Source: Gemmatimonadales bacterium
GTDB lineage: Bacteria; Gemmatimonadota; Gemmatimonadetes; Gemmatimonadales; GWC2-71-9
Direction of reading: 5' to 3'
NCBI GenBank assembly: GCA_039794085.1
Contig: JBDIWC010000053.1
Coordinates: 1 to 23,127 of the forward strand
Length of the DNA: 23,127 bases
The position numbers and the translations under genes were made by a program. A model generated the notes under the pieces. That model saw only the letters and a program-made list of their open reading frames with translations, was not told the origin of the DNA and made no database searches. The first letter of the stretch is position 1. Every line of letters starts with the position of its first letter. This document shows, one piece after another, positions 17,726 through 23,127 of the stretch.

Positions 17726-17830
17726 GAGGCAGGGCAGCCCCGCGGGAATCCATTGCAGGGGCCGTTCACGGTCGGTCGTCCCTCCGTCCTCCCTTCTCAC
17801 TCCTCTCTTCTCTCTCCTCTCCCCTCTCTC

Positions 17831-20029
17831 CTAAAAATGCGTCGACATCTGGAACACCACGTTCCGTCCCTGATCAACCGCGAATCGCTTGAACCGGCTC
17901 ATGAAGTTGGTGTAGGTCTTGTCGAACAGATTCCTCACGCTCACATCCACGTGCACTTCCGCAGTGCCCACTCCGACGACCGCACCGGCGCCGAGCGAGG
18001 CGAGGGTATAGCCGTCCGGCGCGAAGTCCTGGGGGTCGAGCCGGGTCTGACGCCGGTTGGTCTCGCCTCCCAGATCGAGATAGAGATCCCGCACGGAACG
18101 GCCCTGCTGCGCTGCCTCCAGCCGGACCCCGTAGGTGACGCGGAGCGGGGGCATGAAGGGTAGGGGTTGATCCCGGGCCGTGTCCTCCCCGCGCACGAAG
18201 TCGCTGCCGCCCCGGAAGTGCAGCCAGGAGGTGGGGTGGTACTCGGCCGCCGCCTCGAATCCGATCAGGGTGGCATCGGTCTGCGCGATGTTGAAGATCT
18301 CGAGGTTGGATTCCGGATCGAAGGTTCCGGTCGGGTCAGGGAAGATGAAGTCGTTGATGCGGTTCACGAAGCCGCCCAGCTCGGCCCGGAGACGGCCGCT
18401 CTGGACCCGAACGGCCAGGTCCACATTGGTGCTGGTTTCGTTGCTCAAGTCCGGGCTGCCGATCTCGAAGCGGCTGGTGCCTTCATGGACGCCGTTCGAG
18501 AAGAGTTCGAACACGCTGGGTGCCCGGAATCCCCGCCCCACGTTGAGCACGAGGGCCACCGGTTCGCTCACCCGGACCAGCGCCCCCAGGGTTCCGGTGA
18601 CCGAGTTCCATGACTGAGCCTGGGCGGTGACGCCGAGCCCGGCGTCGTCATCCACGGTGAGGCGGCGGTGGTCGGCGCGGATGCCCGCACTGAGGATCCA
18701 GGGGCCGGTCGGGAGCTGCTCGAAGGCGAAGATGCCGATGCCGTTGGTGGCGGACCCGGGAACCAGGTCCTCCTCGCCGCCCTTGTCGAGCGTGCTCCGG
18801 ATGGCCGAGACGCCGATGGTACCCGCGGCGGGGCCCAGGGTGTGACGGAGCCGGACATCGCCGGTCCAGGTCTCGGCGTCGAGAACGAGCGCCGGGTCCG
18901 GCTCGTCGTCGGCCTCGAACTCGCGCCGGAAGTTGCGCTGAAATCCGGCGTTCACCTCCAGGCGGGACCCTCCCCGGACGGGGAGGTTGAGTTCGGCCCG
19001 GAGCCGGTCGTCCCGGATCCGCTGGAAGCCGGAGAAATCGGGCTCCTCCGCGGGATCCTCATGGATCTCGATCCGTTCGTTCCGGTGCGCATAGTGGAGG
19101 CTGGTGTTGCCCCAGGTGCCGCGGGTTCCCACGGTGACATCGCCACCAAAGGAGCGATAGGCGGAGTTGGAAAGATCCCCGGTGGGGGTCTCGATGTTGC
19201 CCGCCCGGCGGGCCGAGAAGCTCCCGCGAAATCCGACGGCTCCCGTGGCGCCCTCCAGGCCCAGGGTCCCTTCCGGCGCCGAGCCGTTGGTTCCGAATCC
19301 CGATTTGAGGGACCAGAGCGCGAAGGGGTTCCGATCGATCGCGTCGGGGAGGGGGCGCTCCACCACGTTGATGACCCCGCCCAGGGCGTCGGAGCCGTAC
19401 AGCACGCTGGCCGGCCCTCGAATCACCTCGATGCGCTCCGCGTCGGCCGTCTCCACGTTGGGACCGTGTTCGTCTCCCCACTGCTGGCTCTCCAGACGCT
19501 GGCCATCGGCAAGTACCAGGACCCGGTTGGAGGTGAGGCCGCGGATCACCGGCTTTCCGATTCCATTGCCGGTGCTGAGGTTGCGGAGCCCCGGTTCCAG
19601 GGCCAGGGTTTCGCCGAGGGTGGCCCGATTGGCGGTGCGTAGGGCCTCGGCATTGAGCACGCTGAGAGGCTGAGGCGACTCGAGTGCGGAGGTGGCCATC
19701 GCCGAGGCGGTGACCTGCAGGGTGGGGACCTCGACGATGGATATGGACATGGTGACATCGAGCGTCGCGATCCCGTCTCCCACGACCACCCTCCGTACCT
19801 CGGGCCGATATCCGATCATTGCGAACGAGACGGTGTAGGTGCCATTGGGAAGCCCACCAATGCGGAAGCTCCCCTCCCGGGACGTGGTGGCATGGCGGTG
19901 GACCTCCACCACTTCCACCCGGACCTCGGCGAGGGGCAGGCCCTCCGCGGTCTGAACTCGGCCGGTCAGATCGCCTTGATCTCCGGTCGGTACGGCGGCG
20001 AGGAGAGCCGCCAGAACGAATGTGTGCAT
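17831..20029 (-). CDS. TonB-dependent outer-membrane receptor, probably metal uptake
   Basis: Signal peptide, carboxypeptidase-like N-domain, plug GIGKPVIRGL...QQWGDEHG...IEVIRGPASVLYGSDALGGVIN, FRAPSVFELFSNGVHEG, NLFDKTY, terminal Phe. Confidence 0.95.
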   Translation of the reverse strand: MHTFVLAALLAAVPTGDQGDLTGRVQTAEGLPLAEVRVEVVEVHRHATTSREGSFRIGGLPNGTYTVSFAMIGYRPEVRRVVVGDGIATLDVTMSISIVEVPTLQVTASAMATSALESPQPLSVLNAEALRTANRATLGETLALEPGLRNLSTGNGIGKPVIRGLTSNRVLVLADGQRLESQQWGDEHGPNVETADAERIEVIRGPASVLYGSDALGGVINVVERPLPDAIDRNPFALWSLKSGFGTNGSAPEGTLGLEGATGAVGFRGSFSARRAGNIETPTGDLSNSAYRSFGGDVTVGTRGTWGNTSLHYAHRNERIEIHEDPAEEPDFSGFQRIRDDRLRAELNLPVRGGSRLEVNAGFQRNFRREFEADDEPDPALVLDAETWTGDVRLRHTLGPAAGTIGVSAIRSTLDKGGEEDLVPGSATNGIGIFAFEQLPTGPWILSAGIRADHRRLTVDDDAGLGVTAQAQSWNSVTGTLGALVRVSEPVALVLNVGRGFRAPSVFELFSNGVHEGTSRFEIGSPDLSNETSTNVDLAVRVQSGRLRAELGGFVNRINDFIFPDPTGTFDPESNLEIFNIAQTDATLIGFEAAAEYHPTSWLHFRGGSDFVRGEDTARDQPLPFMPPLRVTYGVRLEAAQQGRSVRDLYLDLGGETNRRQTRLDPQDFAPDGYTLASLGAGAVVGVGTAEVHVDVSVRNLFDKTYTNFMSRFKRFAVDQGRNVVFQMSTHF

Positions 20030-20127
20030 GACCTGTGTTCCCTTTCGAATGCCCCCGTGCCATGGACGGAGACATCATCGCGTTGTTTTCGCATGGGCCG
20101 CGTTTCCCGTCACCGGGGGCGCGGATG

Positions 20128-20502
20128 TCAGTTGATGGAAAGGGCCGAGCGGGGTGGAGCGCGGGGAAGACCCGCGTGAGTGGGACGGAAAACGAGGAGC
20201 GGGACGGCGTGACCCGGCGGGGGCTGTGTTGTGATGACCGGCGCCGAGACCCGGCTCGGGGGCCCGGTGAACAGGCGGGTGTCGGGCAGGTGCAACCCGA
20301 GATGACAGTGGTCCGAGTGAGAGCCGCTGTCGGGGGATTCGTAGTGCGGTGCCCGAGCGTGCTCCGCCTGCCCCGGGGAGGCCAGGTGAAACACAACCTC
20401 CAGAGCGGAAAGTCCCTGCCCGGTGGCCGTGAAGGCCGCCAGCAGGACCGCGAACAGGGCGCGGTGGAGAGGGTTTCGGGAAACCGAGGTCGACATCGTC
20501 AT
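20128..20502 (-). CDS. CruR/DUF2946-like leader protein with His/Cys cluster and C-terminal RAPP motif
   Basis: Hydrophobic N-terminal helix, HSDHCHLGLH, Pro-rich linker and LPRAPP (RAPP codons 20163-20152); ends 98 nt upstream of the receptor start. Confidence 0.75.
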   Translation of the reverse strand: MTMSTSVSRNPLHRALFAVLLAAFTATGQGLSALEVVFHLASPGQAEHARAPHYESPDSGSHSDHCHLGLHLPDTRLFTGPPSRVSAPVITTQPPPGHAVPLLVFRPTHAGLPRAPPRSALSIN

Positions 20503-20553
20503 TCAGAATACGCTACGGACAAGCCATCGGGAACGTTTCGCAGAGCGAGCGGC

Positions 20554-20934
20554 TCATCGCTGGCGGATCCGGTCGACCGCGCGGCGCACCATGACCTCGA
20601 GGTGGGCCATTTCGGTCGGTTTGACGAGATAATTCTCGGCCCCTTCCTTGAGGGCCGAGAGGGCTACTTCGATCTGGCTCCGCCCGGTCAGCATGATTAC
20701 CGACGCCCCGCGGCGCCGGAGCTCGGGCAACGCCTGCATGCCGGTCATCTCCGGCATGTCGATGTCGAGAATGGTCACGTCGGGCCGTATCGCATCCCAG
20801 GTGGTGAGGCATTCCCGGCCGTTGGTGGCCTGGTGGACCTCGTGACCGAGATGCGAAAAGTGGCCCGCCATGAGCCGGAGCATGTCCGGATCATCGTCGC
20901 AGAGGAGCAGGCGCCAGGGGGTAGGGTCGGTCAC
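20554..20934 (-). CDS. Stand-alone response-regulator receiver domain (NtrC-like)
   Basis: LLLCDDD, ILDIDMPEMTG, VIMLTG and GAENYLVKP; GTG start at 20934 chosen by domain boundary. Confidence 0.85.
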   Translation of the reverse strand: MTDPTPWRLLLCDDDPDMLRLMAGHFSHLGHEVHQATNGRECLTTWDAIRPDVTILDIDMPEMTGMQALPELRRRGASVIMLTGRSQIEVALSALKEGAENYLVKPTEMAHLEVMVRRAVDRIRQR

Positions 20935-21048
20935 TGCGATTCCGGGGTGAGGAGTTGGTTCCGTTCGCGAAAGCTGGATGGCCCCGGCTGTTTTCGCAAC
21001 CGGAAGCTGTGGAGCGCAGAGGGGTGTCCAGCACACCGCTAATCGATA

Positions 21049-21117
21049 TGCCGAAATGGCTGGTTTTCGTCCGGTGTAAAGCCATATTGGCAGGTATTCG
21101 TGGGCACACCAGATGCA
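21049..21117 (+). promoter_or_regulatory. Sigma54-type promoter of hsp20 with an upstream inverted pair of activator-like sites
   Basis: TGCCGAAATGGCT (21049-21061), AGCCATATTGGCA (21080-21092) and GGGCACACCAGATGCA (21102-21117); all three are retained in the decayed duplicate. Confidence 0.55.
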
Positions 21118-21187
21118 TAACATGGGCGCAGAGGGGACATGGAGATCCCCGATTTCAACGCCAACGTACCACACAGGAGGAATGACC

Positions 21188-21667
21188 ATGCTGGTGACAA
21201 CGACTCAACGGCCCCTGGACAGCGCCAGCCCGTGGAATCTTCACAGCGCCCCGTGGAATCTTCGGCGCCTCAATCGGTTCTTCGACGATGCCTTCGGAAC
21301 GGGAGGCTTCGACGACGCTTCGGCAGGGCTGGTTTCCGCCTGGGTTCCCCCGTGCGACATCTTCGAGAACCAGGAATCGGTGAAGCTGGTCCTGGAGCTT
21401 CCCGGGGTGAAGCCGGAGGACGTGAAGCTCTCCCTGGAGAACGGCACAATGATGGTGCGGGGGGAGAAGAAGCAGGTGGCCGAGGAGAAGACGGAGAGGG
21501 TTCATCGCTACGAAAGGAGCTACGGAGTGTTCGAACGTCGCTTCAGTCTGCCGAACTCGGTGGATGCCGAGGCGATCAAGGCCAACTTCGAGCAGGGCGT
21601 GCTGACCGTGACGCTCCCCAAGGTGGAGCGGGCCCGGCCCCGGGAGATTCCGGTGACCAGCAGCTGA
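21188..21667 (+). CDS. Hsp20/alpha-crystallin small heat-shock protein
   Basis: AGGAGG at 21175-21180, 7 nt before ATG 21188 (alternative 21182). WVPPCDIFE, ELPGVKPEDV, ERSYGVFERRFSLP and GVLTVTLPK. Confidence 0.96.
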   Translation: MLVTTTQRPLDSASPWNLHSAPWNLRRLNRFFDDAFGTGGFDDASAGLVSAWVPPCDIFENQESVKLVLELPGVKPEDVKLSLENGTMMVRGEKKQVAEEKTERVHRYERSYGVFERRFSLPNSVDAEAIKANFEQGVLTVTLPKVERARPREIPVTSS

Positions 21668-21690
21668 AGTGCCCGAGCCGAGTCACTCGC

Positions 21691-21719
21691 GGGGGCCGGG
21701 CCCAGGGGGTTCGGCCCCC
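21691..21719 (+). terminator. GC-rich hairpin after hsp20
   Basis: GGGGGCCGGGC ... GTTCGGCCCCC stem with G-U pairs; only a weak U-tract. Confidence 0.4.
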
Positions 21720-21865
21720 GTTGCATTCCGGGGGTCGGAAACCGATTTCACGACTCCGGACGTATTCCATCACCGGCACCAGAGAGCCGGAGTCACAGCG
21801 TCTCGAGTCCCACCACCGGGTTGGTGGTCCGACAATCGGTTGACACAGACAGTGCGAGGTGCCAC

Positions 21866-22333
21866 ATGGGTGTGTCCGTGTGCATGAGTCCCCCGGACTT
21901 GCAGGATGTGTTGCGGCGCGAGATCCCTGCCGCCGCCGTTCTGGGGGTGTCGGTCCACCAGAGCTTTCCGAACATCGTCCTGGCGGCACCGCTGGCCCGG
22001 AACCGGAACGGGCTCGGTATCGCCTTTGCCGGGAGCCTCAACACTGTTCTGGTTCTGTCGGGGTGGCTCACGCTGTACCGGCTGCTCTGTGCCGAGGGAC
22101 GATGGCCGTCGCGAATCGTTCTCCAGGACAGCGCGATCCAATACCTCTCCCCGGTGCCGGGAGACTTCCTGGCCGCGTGTGAGGCGCCCGAGCCCGGGGA
22201 ATGTGAGCGCATTCTGCGAACAGTTGCCCGGAACCGGCCCGCTCGAATCTCTCTGGTGGCACATCTCGCCGCCCGGGACAACCCCGATGTCGTCGCGGCC
22301 CGATTCACGGGTCGGTACGTCGTCGGAGGGTAG
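21866..22333 (+). CDS. YiiD C-terminal-like thioesterase (hotdog fold)
   Basis: EIPAAAVLGV, APLARNRNGLGIAFAGSL...LSGW, IQYLSPVPGDF and FTGRYV; GAGGT before ATG 21866 (alternative 21884). Confidence 0.85.
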   Translation: MGVSVCMSPPDLQDVLRREIPAAAVLGVSVHQSFPNIVLAAPLARNRNGLGIAFAGSLNTVLVLSGWLTLYRLLCAEGRWPSRIVLQDSAIQYLSPVPGDFLAACEAPEPGECERILRTVARNRPARISLVAHLAARDNPDVVAARFTGRYVVGG

Positions 22334-22342
22334 CGTCCCGAG

Positions 22343-22903
22343 TCAGGGTCTGGGGGGTACCGTCCGCGCAAAAGAGAGGATTTCGGTGAAGGGGAGGTGA
22401 TCTCCTTCGTCCGTTCCGTAATGGGCCGCTCGAATCACCCCGCCTCGATCGATGAGGAAATCAGCAGGCATGGTCGTCATACTTCCCTGGATGCGCCACG
22501 GCAGGTATCCCTTGCCGAACATGGCATCGAGGAGGGTGGGCATTCGGAAGATCATCCCCTTCAGCACGCCGAGCATCGAGTGCTCGATCCCCCAGGCGCG
22601 GTAGACGGTGTTGTCGGGGTCGGCGAGCACGGGGAAGGGGGGGGTGTGACGGTTCGCGTGGCGCTGAAGGTTGTCGAGCGGGGAATCGAAGACGGCCACG
22701 ATGGTGAAGTCGTCGGCGGCTTCGGTGATTTCCGGGAACCGGGTCGTCAACTCTTGCAGTCTCAGGTTGCAGAACGGGCAGGCGGCGAACCGGAAGAAGG
22801 ACAGGAGGAAGGGGCGGCCCGAGAGCGCGGCGAGATCCAGAGTGGATCCGTCAATGGCGGGGAGACGGAAGGGTGCGGCGGGTTCACCGACCGTGCGGCG
22901 CAT
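22343..22903 (-). CDS. AhpC/TSA peroxiredoxin-like protein
   Basis: GEPAAPFRL, FFRFAACPFCNLR, VLADP, PADFLID and HYG...DHLP; ATG at 22903. Confidence 0.88.
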   Translation of the reverse strand: MRRTVGEPAAPFRLPAIDGSTLDLAALSGRPFLLSFFRFAACPFCNLRLQELTTRFPEITEAADDFTIVAVFDSPLDNLQRHANRHTPPFPVLADPDNTVYRAWGIEHSMLGVLKGMIFRMPTLLDAMFGKGYLPWRIQGSMTTMPADFLIDRGGVIRAAHYGTDEGDHLPFTEILSFARTVPPRP

Positions 22904-23093
22904 GAGGACTCTCGTCGTGGGTGTCTGAGCCGTGAGCGGGCGACAGGAAACGTCAGCGGGATGGCATTGGATTCGTCCCCCCGAGGAAGTTTGAAGTTTG
23001 GGTTCTTCTCCAATTCCCGTGCACATGGCATGGCCGAAGCGCGGTAGACCTGACCGCCAGGCGACGCCGGATCGGTTCCCCTGCCCAGGGAAC

Positions 23094-23123
23094 AACATCC
23101 TGTCAATCCTGTTCATCCTGTCA
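23094..23123. repeat. 9-nt period array ATCCTGTnn at the window edge
   Basis: ATCCTGT at 23097, 23106 and 23115. Confidence 0.75.
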
Positions 23124-23127
23124 AAAA

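Noticed and set aside
20935..21189. N-terminal extensions of the receiver ORF (to 21189) and Hsp20 (from 21113)
   Set aside because: They overlap each other and the promoter; RBS and domain boundaries support 20934 and 21188.
22904..23116. N-terminal extension of the AhpC/TSA ORF
   Set aside because: It begins inside the 9-mer repeat; the domain starts at ATG 22903.

Overview
GC-rich bacterial DNA, probably Gemmatimonadota (inferred from the barrel-less carboxypeptidase-regulatory/plug proteins, the RDSAGV- and GxGPGEF-type beta-propeller lipoproteins, and heptamer/REP-like intergenic repeats). Left: three exported proteins, then an ArsR regulator, a TauE/SafE exporter and a CstB-like persulfide dioxygenase-rhodanese fusion. 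Centre (about 6.1-14.3 kb): a visibly less GC-rich island of repeated cassettes. In each, a degenerate AraC-like regulator diverges from a small signal-peptide-bearing Cys-rich peptide gene, followed by 6-bladed beta-propeller lipoproteins and a DCxxC thioredoxin-like lipoprotein. The island holds 3 peptides, 3 propellers, 2 thioredoxin-like proteins, 2 regulators and a relic of a third. It is the best candidate for an undescribed system: secreted disulfide-rich peptides, reminiscent of Bacteroidota NVEALA loci. Two paralogous plug-domain genes bracket the island and the sulfur module. Right: a TonB-dependent receptor preceded by a His/Cys-rich leader ORF with a C-terminal RAPP motif (CruR/DUF2946-like), a stand-alone receiver, hsp20 with a sigma54-type promoter, a YiiD-like thioesterase and an AhpC/TSA protein. 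A decayed, internally deleted duplicate of the receptor-receiver-hsp20 block has placed the hsp20 promoter in front of a BP74-like lipoprotein. All family calls come from motifs read by eye; no searches were run.
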